A stretch of 64,000 nt of DNA from Acidovorax sp. (GCF_047607405.1 NZ_JASGDA010000088.1:2341-66340), one strand, 5' to 3'; shown: positions 43,067 through 54,682, numbered from the stretch's first letter. Numbers and translations: made by a program. Notes: a model not told the origin generated them from the letters alone.

Positions 43067-43474
43067 ATGACCCCGCCCAGCGACGACGAAAGCCCTGCGC
43101 CGCGCCCCCTGCCATGGCCGCTGCGCTGGCTGCTGCTGGCCTTTGCCATGCTGAGCCTGGCGCTGGGCATCATCGGCATCGTCGTGCCGGGCATGCCCAC
43201 CACGGTCTTCATCCTCATGGCGGCCTGGGCGGCGGCGCGCAGCTCGCCGCGCCTGTACCGCTGGCTCTGGAACCACCGCCTGTTCGGCCCCCCGCTGCGC
43301 AACTGGTCGCAAGGCGGCAAGGTCAGCCGCCGCGCCAAGTGGAGCGCCACCATCGTCATGGCGATCAGCACCGCCATCCTGCTGATGTTCGGCCCCCGCA
43401 ACTGGGCGCTGGGCGCGGCGCTCGCCTGCATGGCCTGCGTGCTGGCCTGGCTGTGGCGCAGGCCCGAGCCCTGA
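43067..43474 (+). CDS. YbaN family inner-membrane protein (DUF454)
   Basis: It contains [35 protein letters not shown]. Confidence 0.8.
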   Translation: MTPPSDDESPAPRPLPWPLRWLLLAFAMLSLALGIIGIVVPGMPTTVFILMAAWAAARSSPRLYRWLWNHRLFGPPLRNWSQGGKVSRRAKWSATIVMAISTAILLMFGPRNWALGAALACMACVLAWLWRRPEP

Positions 43475-43512
43475 AGAAAAACAAAACCCGCCATGCGCGA
43501 ACACATGGCGGG
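43473..43512 (-). terminator. intrinsic terminator after tRNA-Asn copy 1 (the hairpin also faces ybaN)
   Basis: The minus strand has CCCGCCATG, an 8-nt loop, CATGGCGGG, then TTTTGTTTTTCTTC. Confidence 0.7.
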
Positions 43513-43520
43513 TTGGTGAG

Positions 43521-43596
43521 TGGCTCCTCAACCTGGGCTCGAACCAGGGACCTACGGATTAACAGTCCGGCGCTCTACCGACTGAGCTATTGAGGA
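43521..43596 (-). tRNA. tRNA-Asn (anticodon GUU), copy 1
   Basis: The minus strand reads TCCTCAATAGCTCAGTCGGTAGAGCGCCGGACTGTTAATCCGTAGGTCCCTGGTTCGAGCCCAGGTTGAGGAGCCA. Confidence 0.92.
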
Positions 43597-43611
43597 ATGA
43601 TCGGCACTTGG

Positions 43612-43645
43612 ATGAAAAAGGCCCCGCGTACACATGCAGGGCCTT
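43612..43645 (-). terminator. hairpin between the two tRNA-Asn copies
   Basis: The minus strand has AAGGCCC, a 14-nt loop, GGGCCTT, then TTTCATCC. Confidence 0.5.
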
Positions 43646-43653
43646 CGGATTTT

Positions 43654-43729
43654 TGGCTCCTCAACCTGGGCTCGAACCAGGGACCTACGGATTAACAGTC
43701 CGGCGCTCTACCGACTGAGCTATTGAGGA
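43654..43729 (-). tRNA. tRNA-Asn (anticodon GUU), copy 2
   Basis: Its 76 nt are identical to copy 1. Confidence 0.92.
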
Positions 43730-43740
43730 ACAAGACTTAG

Positions 43741-43746
43741 ATTATA
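43741..43746 (-). promoter_or_regulatory. putative -10 box (TATAAT) for the tRNA-Asn pair
   Basis: It has the same ATATAATCTAAGNCTTGT block and spacing as upstream of tRNA-Pro. Confidence 0.45.
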
Positions 43747-43782
43747 TACACAAAACCGTTGCTTTCTGGACAATAACGCCCC

Positions 43783-44523
43783 ATGTCTTCGCAACTGCCC
43801 TGGCTGGCGCCGGGTGACCCACTGCCCCAGCCTAATGACGCCTGGGGGGCCGACGACCCCGCGCCCGGCCTGCTGGCCGCGGGCGGCACGCTGGACGTGG
43901 CGAACCTGTGCGCCGCCTACGCGCAAGCCACCTTCCCGTGGTACGGCCCCGGCCAGCCCATTCTGTGGTGGTCGCCCGACCCGCGCATGGTGCTGCCCGT
44001 GGCGCAGTTCCGCCTGCACCGCTCGCTGCGCAAGACGCTGCAAGCGTTTCGCGCCCGGCCCGGCTGCGAGATCCGCGTGGACGGCGCCTTCAAGGCCGTC
44101 ATCACCGCCTGCGCCGCCAAGGAACGCGAAGGCCAGACTGGCACCTGGATCGTGCCCGACATGGTGCGCGCCTATACGGCCCTGCACGCAGCGGGCCACG
44201 CCCACAGCGTGGAGACCTGGGTGGACGGCGAGTTGCGCGGCGGCCTGTACTGCGTAGCGCTGGGCCGTGCAGTCTTCGGCGAATCCATGTTCGCCCACGC
44301 CACCGATGCCTCCAAGATCGCGCTCGCGGCGCTGGTATGCCTGTGCCGCGTGCATGGCGTGGAACTGATCGACTGCCAGCAGAACACCCGCCACCTTGCC
44401 TCGCTGGGCGCACACGAGATTCCACGCGATCGCTTCCTGGCCCACGTGGAGCAGGCACGCCACCAGCCGGGGCCGCCATGGCAGTTCGACCCCCTATACT
44501 GGAACGCACTGCTTTCCAGATGA
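43783..44523 (+). CDS. aat: leucyl/phenylalanyl-tRNA--protein transferase
   Basis: It contains GIFPW-like [21 protein letters not shown] and ESMF. Confidence 0.9.
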   Translation: MSSQLPWLAPGDPLPQPNDAWGADDPAPGLLAAGGTLDVANLCAAYAQATFPWYGPGQPILWWSPDPRMVLPVAQFRLHRSLRKTLQAFRARPGCEIRVDGAFKAVITACAAKEREGQTGTWIVPDMVRAYTALHAAGHAHSVETWVDGELRGGLYCVALGRAVFGESMFAHATDASKIALAALVCLCRVHGVELIDCQQNTRHLASLGAHEIPRDRFLAHVEQARHQPGPPWQFDPLYWNALLSR

Positions 44524-45257
44524 CGCAACTCAACGACCTTCCGCTGCAAACCTTGCAGTTCTACGCGACGGCGCCCTACCCGTGCAGCTACCTGCCGGGC
44601 AGGCAGGCCCGGTCGCAGGTCGCCACGCCCAGCCACCTGATCCAGAGCGACGTGTATTCCGACCTCGTCGCCAAGGGCTTTCGCCGCAGCGGCATGTTCA
44701 CCTACCGACCGTATTGCGACGGCTGCCAGGCATGTATGCCGCTGCGCGTGCTGGTGAACGAGTTCCAGCCCGACCGCAGCCAGCGCCGCGCCGCCGCGCG
44801 GCACGACAACTTGCAAGCCCGGGTGCTGCGCCTGTGCTTCGTGCCGGAGCACTACCAGCTCTACCTGCGCTACCAGAACGACCGCCATGCGGGCGGCGGC
44901 ATGGACCATGACAGCATCGACCAGTACACGCAGTTCCTGCTGCAAAGCCGGGTCAACTCGCGGCTGGTGGAGTTCCGCACGCCCGAGGCTGAAGGCGCGG
45001 TGCTCAAGATGGTGTCCATCCTCGACGTGCTGGACGACGGCCTTTCCGCCGTCTATACCTTCTACGAGCCCGAGGCGCACGCAAGCTACGGCACCTACAA
45101 CGTGGTGTGGCAGATCGGCCAAGCGCGCTCGCTGGGCCTGCCGCACGTCTATCTGGGCTACTGGATCGAGGCCAGTTCCAAGATGAATTACAAGGCGCGC
45201 TTTCACCCCCACGAGGTGCGCACCGATGGCGTCTGGCAGCGTGCCACGGCGGGTTGA
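44520..45257 (+). CDS. bpt: arginyl-tRNA--protein transferase / bacterial Bpt-type aminoacyl transferase
   Basis: It reads [23 protein letters not shown]...[18 protein letters not shown]. An ATGA overlap links it to aat. Confidence 0.88.
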   Translation: MTQLNDLPLQTLQFYATAPYPCSYLPGRQARSQVATPSHLIQSDVYSDLVAKGFRRSGMFTYRPYCDGCQACMPLRVLVNEFQPDRSQRRAAARHDNLQARVLRLCFVPEHYQLYLRYQNDRHAGGGMDHDSIDQYTQFLLQSRVNSRLVEFRTPEAEGAVLKMVSILDVLDDGLSAVYTFYEPEAHASYGTYNVVWQIGQARSLGLPHVYLGYWIEASSKMNYKARFHPHEVRTDGVWQRATAG

Positions 45258-45302
45258 TATTTCACAAGATAAAATTCTGCGGCCCTCATTCCATCGCCGC
45301 CC

Positions 45303-46112
45303 ATGAAAAAGATCGACCCCAGCGTCCCTGCCAAACCCAGCGTCCAGGTGCTCGAACGCATGTTCACGCTGATCGACGTGCTGGCCTCGCGCGAGGAGGC
45401 CATCTCCCTCAAGGAGATCAGCGAGAAGACGGGGCTGCACCCTTCCACCACGCACCGCATCCTGAACGACCTGACCATTGGCCGCTTCGTGGACCGGCCC
45501 GAATCCGGCAGCTACCGCCTGGGCATGCGCCTGCTGGAGCTGGGCAATCTCGTCAAGGCGCGCCTGAGCGTGCGCGACGCAGCGCTCATACCCATGCGCA
45601 ACCTGCACAAGCTGATCCAGCAGCCTGTCAACCTGAGCATGCGGCAGGGTGACGAGATCGTCTATGTGGAGCGCGCCTACAGCGAGCGCTCGGGCATGCA
45701 GGTCGTGCGCGCCATCGGCGGGCGGGCGCCCCTGCACCTGACCTCTACCGGCAAGCTCTTTTTAGCGCTGGACGACCCACAGCGCGTGCGCGCCTACGCC
45801 ACGCGCACGGGGCTGGCGGGGCACACGCGCAACAGCATTACGCAACTGCCGGTGCTGGAGCGCGAACTCGCCAAGGCGCGCCAGTACGGCATGGCGCGCG
45901 ACAACGAGGAACTGGAGCTGGGTGTGCGCTGCATGGCCGCCGGTGTGTACGACGACCAGGGCAAACTGGTGGCGGGCCTGTCGATCTCTGCCCCCGCCGA
46001 CCGGCTGGACGAGGGCTGGCTGCCCAAGCTGCAAGGCACGGCGCATGAGATATCGCTGGCCCTGGGCTACACACCCGGCACCGAACCCTGCGGAGAAGCC
46101 AGGGCGCGCTGA
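45303..46112 (+). CDS. IclR family transcriptional regulator
   Basis: It has an N-terminal HTH (LKEISEKTGLHPSTTHRILNDL) and an IclR effector domain. Confidence 0.85.
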   Translation: MKKIDPSVPAKPSVQVLERMFTLIDVLASREEAISLKEISEKTGLHPSTTHRILNDLTIGRFVDRPESGSYRLGMRLLELGNLVKARLSVRDAALIPMRNLHKLIQQPVNLSMRQGDEIVYVERAYSERSGMQVVRAIGGRAPLHLTSTGKLFLALDDPQRVRAYATRTGLAGHTRNSITQLPVLERELAKARQYGMARDNEELELGVRCMAAGVYDDQGKLVAGLSISAPADRLDEGWLPKLQGTAHEISLALGYTPGTEPCGEARAR

Positions 46113-46136
46113 CCTGGCCAAAGACAAAAGGCGGCT

Positions 46137-47201
46137 CTAGCCGTTGCCGCCCGCAGCCGTGTGGCGCGATTCCATCCAGTGGCGCACCCGCTCCGCGTCG
46201 CCGATGCGGCTGAACTTGCCTGCCGAATCCAGGAACACCATGATGAGCTTGCGCCCGGCGATCTGCGCCTGCATCACCAGGCAGCGACCGGCCTCGGAGA
46301 TATAGCCGGTCTTCTGCAGGCCGATGTCCCAGGTGGGGTTCTTCACCAGCCCGTTGGTGTTGTTGTACTGCAGGGTTCTACGCCCCACTTCGACCTCGTA
46401 GCCCGGGGAAGTGGACAGCTCGCGCAGCAGCGGATCGCCGTGCGCCACGTTCACCAGGGTGGCCAGGTCGCGGGCGCTGGACTGGTTGCGGCTGGACAGG
46501 CCCGTGGGCTCCACGTAGCGCGTGTCGGTCATGCCCAGCAGACGGGCCTTGGCGTTCATCTGCGCCACGAAGGCGTCCAGACCGCCCGGGTAGGTGCGTC
46601 CCAGCGCATGCGCGGCGCGGTTCTCGCTGGACATCAGGGCCAGGTGCAGCATTTCGCCGCGCGTCAGCGTGGTGCCCACGACGAGGCGCGAGCGGCTGCC
46701 CTTTTCGGTGTCCACGTCGTCCTGGGTGATGGTGATGGCCTCGTCCATCGGCAGCTTGGCCTGCGAGATGATCATGCCCGTCATGAGCTTGGTCAGCGAC
46801 GCGATGGGCAGCACGGCATGGTCGTTCTTGCTGAGCAGCACCTCGTGCGTGTCCTGGTCGATGACGAGGGCCACGCTGGACTTCAGGTCCAGCGGGTCGT
46901 TCACCTCATGCAGACCGGCCAGTTGCCCGAAGGACGGCTTGGCGGGCACATAGGCCACGCGGGTAGCGGCCTTGGATGTCCTGGCCGACACGCGCACGGC
47001 CTTGCCGTTGCTGGCGGCCACCTTGCGGGGAGAAACGGCGCGCTGCTTGGCGGCGGATGCGCTGACCAGCTGCTTCTTGAACGACGCGCTCTTGCGCTCT
47101 GCTGCGTGCGCGCCGGGCGCGATCAGCGCGGCGCTCACGACGGCAAGGCCCAGGAATTGGGTGAAACGGCTCACTGCGGCGCGATGACGATGGTGCATCA
47201 A
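46137..47201 (-). CDS. pbpG: D-alanyl-D-alanine endopeptidase / carboxypeptidase (PBP7-like, peptidase S11)
   Basis: It has a signal peptide and the SLTK, SEN and KTGY motifs. Confidence 0.85.
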   Translation of the reverse strand: MMHHRHRAAVSRFTQFLGLAVVSAALIAPGAHAAERKSASFKKQLVSASAAKQRAVSPRKVAASNGKAVRVSARTSKAATRVAYVPAKPSFGQLAGLHEVNDPLDLKSSVALVIDQDTHEVLLSKNDHAVLPIASLTKLMTGMIISQAKLPMDEAITITQDDVDTEKGSRSRLVVGTTLTRGEMLHLALMSSENRAAHALGRTYPGGLDAFVAQMNAKARLLGMTDTRYVEPTGLSSRNQSSARDLATLVNVAHGDPLLRELSTSPGYEVEVGRRTLQYNNTNGLVKNPTWDIGLQKTGYISEAGRCLVMQAQIAGRKLIMVFLDSAGKFSRIGDAERVRHWMESRHTAAGGNG

Positions 47202-47242
47202 TGTGCTCCAAACGGTAAATGGTGTTGTGCAGTGTACAGAAT

Positions 47243-47277
47243 GGAAAAAAGTCGCGCAAGATCAAGACCTTGCACGG
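47243..47277 (-). terminator. intrinsic terminator after leuA
   Basis: The minus strand has CGUGCAAG, an 8-nt loop, CUUGCGCG, then ACTTTTTTCC. Confidence 0.6.
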
Positions 47278-47314
47278 CTTTCCAAGAAAGTGAGTGAAAT
47301 TATAAGTCGGCGAC

Positions 47315-48856
47315 TCAGCCTTGTGCCGCCACCCTGTCGGCTTTACTTTGTAACTTGTTCAACGCGCTCAGGTAGGCCTTTGCGGATGCGACCACGATGT
47401 CCGGGTCGGCCCCCACGCCGTTCACCACGCGACCGCTGTTTTGCAGCCGCACCGTCACTTCGCCTTGGCTCTCGGTGGAGCCGCTGGTGATGGCGTTGAC
47501 CGAGTACAGCAGCAGTTCGGCGCCGCTCTTGACGTGCGATTCGATGGCCTTGAGCGATGCGTCCACCGGCCCGTTGCCGTCGGACGCGCCCTTGAACTCC
47601 TTGCCGTCGATGGTGAACACCACCTCGGCCTGCGGGCGCTCGCCGGTTTCGCTGTGTTGCGACAGCGAGACGAAGCCATACTGCTCCTTCTCCGCCGTCA
47701 CGCTCTCGTCGCTGACCAGGGCCAGGATGTCCTCGTCGAAGATGTCGCTCTTGCGGTCGGCCAGTTCCTTGAACTTGGCGAAGGCGGTGTTGATCTCGCT
47801 CTCGCTTTCCATCTGCACGCCCAGTTCCTGCAGGCGCTGCTTGAAGGCGTTGCGGCCACTGAGTTTGCCCAGCACGATCTTGTTGGCCGTCCAGCCCACG
47901 TCCTCGGCGCGCATGATCTCGTAGGTGTCGCGGGCCTTGAGCACGCCGTCCTGGTGGATGCCGCTGGCGTGCGCGAAGGCGTTGGCGCCCACCACGGCCT
48001 TGTTGGGCTGCACGACGAAGCCCGTGGTCTGGCTGACCATGCGGCTGGCGGCCACGATGTGCTGCGCGTCGATGCCCACATCGAGGCCGAAGTAGTCGCG
48101 CCGCGTCTTGATGGCCATGACCACTTCTTCCAGCGAGCAGTTGCCCGCGCGCTCGCCCAGGCCGTTGATGGTGCATTCCACCTGCCGCGCGCCGCCGATC
48201 TGCACGCCTGCGAGCGAGTTCGCCACGGCCATGCCCAGGTCGTTGTGGCAGTGAACGCTCCACACGGCCTTGTCGCTGTTGGGCACCTTCTCGCGCAGCG
48301 TCTTGATGAAGTTGCCGTACAGCTCGGGGATGGCGTAGCCCACCGTGTCGGGGATGTTGATGGTGGTGGCGCCTTCCTTGATGACGGCCTCGCACACGCG
48401 GGCCAGGAAGTCGATCTCGCTGCGGTAGCCGTCTTCGGCGCTGTACTCGATGTCGCCCGCCAGGTTGCGCGCGAAGCGCACGGCCTGGATGGACTGCTCC
48501 AGCACCTGCTCGGGCGTCATGCGCAGCTTCTTTTCCATGTGCAGCGGGCTGGTGGCGATGAAGGTGTGGATGCGCCCGCTGTTCGCGCCCTTCAGCGCCT
48601 CGGCGGCGCGGCTGATGTCGCGGTCGTTGGCGCGGGCCAGCGAGCAGACGGTGGAGTCCTTGATGGCATTGGCGATGGCCTGTATGCACTCGAAGTCGCC
48701 GTTGGAGCTGGCGGCAAAGCCGGCCTCGATCACGTCCACCTTCAGGCGCTCCAGTTGGCGCGCGATGCGCAGCTTCTCGTCGCGGGTCATGCTGGCGCCG
48801 GGCGACTGCTCGCCGTCGCGCAAGGTGGTGTCGAAAATGATCAGCTTGTCGGTCAT
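47315..48856 (-). CDS. leuA: 2-isopropylmalate synthase
   Basis: It reads [18 protein letters not shown] and [16 protein letters not shown] over 513 aa. Confidence 0.96.
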   Translation of the reverse strand: MTDKLIIFDTTLRDGEQSPGASMTRDEKLRIARQLERLKVDVIEAGFAASSNGDFECIQAIANAIKDSTVCSLARANDRDISRAAEALKGANSGRIHTFIATSPLHMEKKLRMTPEQVLEQSIQAVRFARNLAGDIEYSAEDGYRSEIDFLARVCEAVIKEGATTINIPDTVGYAIPELYGNFIKTLREKVPNSDKAVWSVHCHNDLGMAVANSLAGVQIGGARQVECTINGLGERAGNCSLEEVVMAIKTRRDYFGLDVGIDAQHIVAASRMVSQTTGFVVQPNKAVVGANAFAHASGIHQDGVLKARDTYEIMRAEDVGWTANKIVLGKLSGRNAFKQRLQELGVQMESESEINTAFAKFKELADRKSDIFDEDILALVSDESVTAEKEQYGFVSLSQHSETGERPQAEVVFTIDGKEFKGASDGNGPVDASLKAIESHVKSGAELLLYSVNAITSGSTESQGEVTVRLQNSGRVVNGVGADPDIVVASAKAYLSALNKLQSKADRVAAQG

Positions 48857-48886
48857 CGTGTGCTCCTTGGGTCTGGTATGGGATTC

Positions 48887-49720
48887 TTACTTGTGCAGGC
48901 CGCGCTCGTCCGGCTCGTCGGTGGACGTGCTGATGACGCTGGTGTGCAGCCCCTTGGCCTTGCGCCAGGCATAGACGCCGTAGCCCGAAAGGCCGTAGCC
49001 CACGAACACGGCGAACAGCACCGTGGGCGGGTGGATGTTGATGACGGCGATGCCCAGTGCAATGAGCACGATGGCGGCGAAGGGCACGCTCTTTTTCATC
49101 TGCACGTCCTTGAAGCTGTAGAACGGCACGTTCGTCACCATGGTCAGGCCCGCGTAGAGCGTGAAGGCGAACATGATCCAGGTGATCTGCGTCCAGGTCA
49201 GCCACCCATCCTCGCCGGGGCGCACGCCCAGTTCGGTCATCAGCCAGATGAAGCCCGCGACCAGCGCGGCAGCGGCGGGCGACGGCAGGCCCTGGAAGTA
49301 GCGCTTGTCCACCACGCCCGTGTTCACGTTGAAGCGCGCCAGCCGCAGCGCCGCGCACGAGCAATAGACAAAGGCCGCTATCCAGCCCCAGCGGCCCAGG
49401 CCGTGCAGCGACCAGATGTACGCGATGAGCGCGGGCGCGGCGCCAAAGGACACCATGTCGGACAGCGAATCCATCTGCTCGCCGAAGGCGCTTTGCGTGT
49501 TGGTCATGCGCGCCACGCGCCCGTCCAGGCTGTCGAGCACCATGGCGCAGAACACGCCCACGGCGGCGGAGTCGAAGCGCCCGTTCATCGCCATCACGAT
49601 GGCGTAGAAGCCGCCGAACAGCGCCGCCAGCGTGAACAGGTTGGGCAGTATGTAGATGCCCTTGCGGCGCTTGCGCACCACCACGCCGGGGTTCTCGGCG
49701 GGATCGTCTCCGTCATGCAT
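48887..49720 (-). CDS. pssA: CDP-diacylglycerol--serine O-phosphatidyltransferase
   Basis: It has the CDP-alcohol phosphatidyltransferase motif DSLDGRVAR...D..SD. The ATG at 49720 is preferred over the TTG at 49723. Confidence 0.9.
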   Translation of the reverse strand: MHDGDDPAENPGVVVRKRRKGIYILPNLFTLAALFGGFYAIVMAMNGRFDSAAVGVFCAMVLDSLDGRVARMTNTQSAFGEQMDSLSDMVSFGAAPALIAYIWSLHGLGRWGWIAAFVYCSCAALRLARFNVNTGVVDKRYFQGLPSPAAAALVAGFIWLMTELGVRPGEDGWLTWTQITWIMFAFTLYAGLTMVTNVPFYSFKDVQMKKSVPFAAIVLIALGIAVINIHPPTVLFAVFVGYGLSGYGVYAWRKAKGLHTSVISTSTDEPDERGLHK

Positions 49721-49770
49721 CAAATCGGCCTCCAGCGCTTATCTGGCAAGCGCAAGCAGCTATCAAATTC
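49721..49770 (-). repeat. GATAGCTG-hairpin repeat, copy I (abuts the pssA start)
   Basis: The minus strand reads AATTTGATAGCTGCTTGCGCTTGCCAGATAAGCGCTGGAGGCCGATTTG, then ATG. Confidence 0.88.
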
Positions 49771-49818
49771 ATAGTTTCTGGCGGCCCCGGCGCTGCGCGG
49801 GGCAAAGGGCCAATTTTA
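49771..49818 (+). repeat. diverged repeat copy, head-to-head with copy I
   Basis: Sequence ATAGTTTCTGGCGGCCCCGGCGCTGCGCGGGGCAAAGGGCCAATTTTA. It retains the ATAG head and the GGGCCAATTT tail. Confidence 0.45.
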
Positions 49819-49825
49819 GCCGCCC

Positions 49826-49858
49826 CCAGAAAAGGAAAAGGCCACCGGAGTGGCCTTT
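49826..49858 (-). terminator. intrinsic terminator after ilvC
   Basis: The minus strand has AAAGGCCAC, loop TCCG, GTGGCCTTT, then TCCTTTTCTGG. Confidence 0.78.
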
Positions 49859-49879
49859 CGCTCGATACGCCCGGGGCGA

Positions 49880-51583
<1,704 letters not shown>

Positions 51584-53377
51584 TTACAGGTCTTCCGACC
51601 CCAGCAGCATTTCGGTGATGCCCTTGCCCGCCTGCACCATCGGGAACACGTTCTCGGTGGGGTCGGTGCGGAAGTCGAGGAACACGCTCTTGCGTTCTTC
51701 GCGCGCGATGCGGCGCGCCTCGCGCAGCGCACCCTCCACGTCCTCGGGCTTCTCGATCAGCATGCCCACGTGGCCGAAGGCCTCGGCCAGCTTCACGAAG
51801 TCGGGCAGCGAATCCATGTAGCTGTGGCTGTAGCGGCCGGAGTATTCGATCTCCTGCCACTGGCGCACCATGCCCAGGTAGCGGTTGTTGAGGGCGCAGA
51901 TGATGATCGGCGTCTCATACTGGCGGCAGGTGGCCAGCTCCTGGATGCACATCTGCACCGAGCCTTCGCCGGTGATGCAGAACACTTCCGCATCGGGCTT
52001 GGCCAGCTTGATGCCCATGGCGTAGGGAATGCCCACGCCCATGGTGCCCAGGCCGCCGGAGTTGATCCAGCGGCGCGGCTCGTCGAAGCGGTAGTACTGC
52101 GCGGCCCACATCTGGTGCTGGCCCACGTCGGACGTGATGTAGGTGTCGGCGTCCTTCGTCATGTTCCACAGCGTCTCGACCACGTACTGCGGCTTGATGA
52201 CCTCCTGGTTGCCCCGGTCGTACTTCAGGCAGTCGCGCTTGCGCCAGCCCTCGATGGTGTCCCACCACGCGGCGAGCGCGCCCGCGTCGGGGCGGGCACT
52301 GCTCTCGCGCACCATGGAGATCAGCTCGGCCAGCACGTCCTTCACGTCGCCGACGATGGGCACGTCCACCTTCACGCGCTTGGAGATGCTCGACGGGTCG
52401 ATGTCGATGTGGATGATCTTGCGGTCGTTCTGCGCAAAGTGCTTGGGGTTGCCGATCACGCGGTCGTCGAAGCGCGCGCCCACGGCCAGCAGCACGTCGC
52501 AGTTCTGCATGGCGTTGTTGGCCTCGATGGTGCCGTGCATGCCCAGCATGCCCAGGAACTTGCGGTCAGATGCCGGGTACGCGCCCAGGCCCATCAGCGT
52601 GTTCGTGACCGGGTAGCCCAGCATGTCCACCAGCGTGCGCAGCTCGTTGGTGGCGTTGCCCAGCAGCACGCCGCCGCCCGTGTAGATGTAGGGGCGCTTG
52701 GCCGTCAGCAGCAGTTGCAGCGCCTTGCGGATCTGGCCGCCGTGGCCCTTGCGCACGGGGTTGTACGAGCGCATTTCCACCGTCGCGGGGTAGCCGCTGT
52801 AGGCCACCTTCTTGAAGGACACGTCCTTGGGGATGTCCACCACCACGGGGCCGGGGCGGCCCGTGCGGGCGATGTGGAACGCCTTCTTCATCGTCGCGGC
52901 GAGGTCGCGCGCGTCTTTCACGAGGAAGTTGTGCTTGACGATGGGGCGCGTGATGCCCACGGTGTCGCACTCCTGGAAGGCGTCCAGCCCGATCGCGGGC
53001 GTGGGCACCTGGCCGGAGATGATGACCATGGGAATCGAGTCCATGTACGCCGTGGCGATGCCGGTGACGGCGTTCGTCAGGCCCGGGCCGGACGTGACCA
53101 GCGCCACGCCCACTTCGCCCGTGGCGCGGGCGTAGCCGTCTGCCGCATGAACTGCCGCCTGCTCGTGGCGCACCAGCACGTGCTGGATGGTGTCCTGCTT
53201 GTACAGCGCGTCGTAGATGTACAGCACCGCGCCGCCGGGGTAGCCCCAGATGTACTGGACGTTCTCGGCCTGCAGGGATTTGATGAGGATTTCGGCGCCC
53301 ATGAGGTCCTGGGAGCCTGTGGCGTTGCCCTGCATGGCAGCGGCAGCCGATGTGAGTTCAGCCTTGGAGATTTCCAT
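51584..53377 (-). CDS. ilvI: acetolactate synthase large (catalytic) subunit
   Basis: It is a 597-aa ThDP enzyme with GYPGGAVLYIYDAL and GLGTMGVGIPYAMG. Confidence 0.96.
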   Translation of the reverse strand: MEISKAELTSAAAAMQGNATGSQDLMGAEILIKSLQAENVQYIWGYPGGAVLYIYDALYKQDTIQHVLVRHEQAAVHAADGYARATGEVGVALVTSGPGLTNAVTGIATAYMDSIPMVIISGQVPTPAIGLDAFQECDTVGITRPIVKHNFLVKDARDLAATMKKAFHIARTGRPGPVVVDIPKDVSFKKVAYSGYPATVEMRSYNPVRKGHGGQIRKALQLLLTAKRPYIYTGGGVLLGNATNELRTLVDMLGYPVTNTLMGLGAYPASDRKFLGMLGMHGTIEANNAMQNCDVLLAVGARFDDRVIGNPKHFAQNDRKIIHIDIDPSSISKRVKVDVPIVGDVKDVLAELISMVRESSARPDAGALAAWWDTIEGWRKRDCLKYDRGNQEVIKPQYVVETLWNMTKDADTYITSDVGQHQMWAAQYYRFDEPRRWINSGGLGTMGVGIPYAMGIKLAKPDAEVFCITGEGSVQMCIQELATCRQYETPIIICALNNRYLGMVRQWQEIEYSGRYSHSYMDSLPDFVKLAEAFGHVGMLIEKPEDVEGALREARRIAREERKSVFLDFRTDPTENVFPMVQAGKGITEMLLGSEDL

Positions 53378-53527
53378 GATCGATCAACCTTTGTGAATTT
53401 CTCTGACGAAAAACCTTGGGTGCCCCTTGCGCGCGCCCTTGTGAAGCTGGCTTGGGACTTGAGGCCAAGGACATGGGCGGGATGATTGCCGCGCCGGACC
53501 GTGACCCGTTTGCCTTTTGAATTGCAA

Positions 53528-53602
53528 CCGCGATTATCGCACTGCAACACGCCCAAAACGCGGGCAGCGCCGAAAAAAGACGCACCAATGCGATAATCGC
53601 GG
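53528..53602. promoter_or_regulatory. pair of 11-bp palindromes GCGAT(T/A)ATCGC forming a 14-bp perfect inverted repeat
   Basis: CCGCGATTATCGCA (53528-53541) and TGCGATAATCGCGG (53589-53602) lie 47 bp apart in the divergent ilvI / sigma-factor region. Confidence 0.5.
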
Positions 53603-53634
53603 ACTCTGCGGCGCTCTCCTTTGCACGGCACCAC

Positions 53635-54198
53635 TTGGCAACCGAACAAGAACTCTCCGATTTCCTCAAAGGCGTTGAAAAGCGCGCGTTCAAGCGCTCG
53701 CTCTACCACGTGCGCAACGAGGAAGCGGCGCTGGACATCGTGCAGGACAGCATGCTCAAGCTCGCCGAGCACTACGGCGACAAGCCCGCCGCCGAATTGC
53801 CCATGCTCTACCAGCGCATCCTGTCCAACTGCACGCTGGACTGGTTCAGGCGCCAAAAGACGCGCAATGCACTGTTTTCGAGCATGAGCGACTTCGAGGG
53901 CCCGGGCGACGATGGCATGGATTTTGATCTGCTCGAAGCCTACGAAAGCGACGACCACCAGGCCGAGAGCGCCGAAGACCTGACCCGCAGAAAGCAGATC
54001 TTCCACGAGATCGAGGCCGAGATCGCCGAGCTGCCGCCGCGTCAACGCGAAGCCTTCCTGATGCGTTACTGGGAAGAAATGGACGTGGCGGAAACGGCGG
54101 TCGCCATGGGCTGCTCCGAAGGCAGCGTCAAAACGCACTGTTTTCGTGCCATACAGACCCTCAGCAAAGCGCTGAAGGCCAAAGGAATCGAACCATGA
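53635..54198 (+). CDS. ECF-type RNA polymerase sigma-70 family factor
   Basis: It has region 2 (ALDIVQDSMLKLAEHY, TLDWFRRQ) and region 4 (REAFLMRYWEEMDVAETAVAMGCSEGSVKTHCFRA). The start codon is TTG. Confidence 0.88.
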   Translation: MATEQELSDFLKGVEKRAFKRSLYHVRNEEAALDIVQDSMLKLAEHYGDKPAAELPMLYQRILSNCTLDWFRRQKTRNALFSSMSDFEGPGDDGMDFDLLEAYESDDHQAESAEDLTRRKQIFHEIEAEIAELPPRQREAFLMRYWEEMDVAETAVAMGCSEGSVKTHCFRAIQTLSKALKAKGIEP

Positions 54199-54668
54199 AC
54201 ACGATCACCACTGCACAGACCCCATCGCCCCAGGCAGAGGCTGCGGCGGAGCGCTTTGCGCAGCGCGTCACGGCCCGGCTGTCCGGCGGCACCCAGGATC
54301 TGCCCTACGACATCGCCGAGCGCCTGCGCGCCTCGCGCGAGCAGGCGCTTGCCAAACGCAAGCGCGCCGCCGCACCGGTGCGCATGGCCGCACCCGCCGT
54401 CGTGCATGCGGGCGGCGGCAGCGCCGCCCTGGGCCGTGGCGGCAGCGAGGGCGGCGGCTGGTGGAACGCGCTGGTCTCGGCCGTTCCGCTGCTGGCCCTG
54501 GTGGTCGGGCTGGTGATGATCAACACCGCCCAGGACGAGAGCAGCGCGCACGACGTGGCCGAGGTGGATGCCGCCCTGCTGACCGACGACCTGCCGCCCG
54601 CCGCCTACGCCGACCCAGGCTTCGTACAATTTCTCCAGACATCATCCGCCAGGGCGGCGTCGAACTGA
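54195..54668 (+). CDS. DUF3619-like membrane protein (possible anti-sigma partner)
   Basis: It has an ATGA overlap with the sigma gene and a single TM segment (WWNALVSAVPLLALVVGLVMI). The family assignment is from memory. Confidence 0.6.
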   Translation: MNTITTAQTPSPQAEAAAERFAQRVTARLSGGTQDLPYDIAERLRASREQALAKRKRAAAPVRMAAPAVVHAGGGSAALGRGGSEGGGWWNALVSAVPLLALVVGLVMINTAQDESSAHDVAEVDAALLTDDLPPAAYADPGFVQFLQTSSARAASN

Positions 54669-54682
54669 CCTGCCCCCACTGC

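Noticed and set aside
53411-53441. A GC-rich segment followed by GGTTTTTCG just upstream of ilvI, considered as an attenuator terminator.
   Set aside because: I could only draw a weak 5-6 bp imperfect stem (GGGCGC/GCACCC). That is not convincing without a folding calculation.
53358-53693. A 111-aa minus-strand ORF containing AIIALV / AIIAVAI, considered as an Ile/Val-rich ilv leader peptide.
   Set aside because: It has no start codon at a workable distance from any SD sequence. The frame stays open for more than 80 codons and runs into ilvI. The AIIA motifs are simply the translation of the GCGATWATCGC palindromes. I kept the palindromes as an operator/hairpin observation only.
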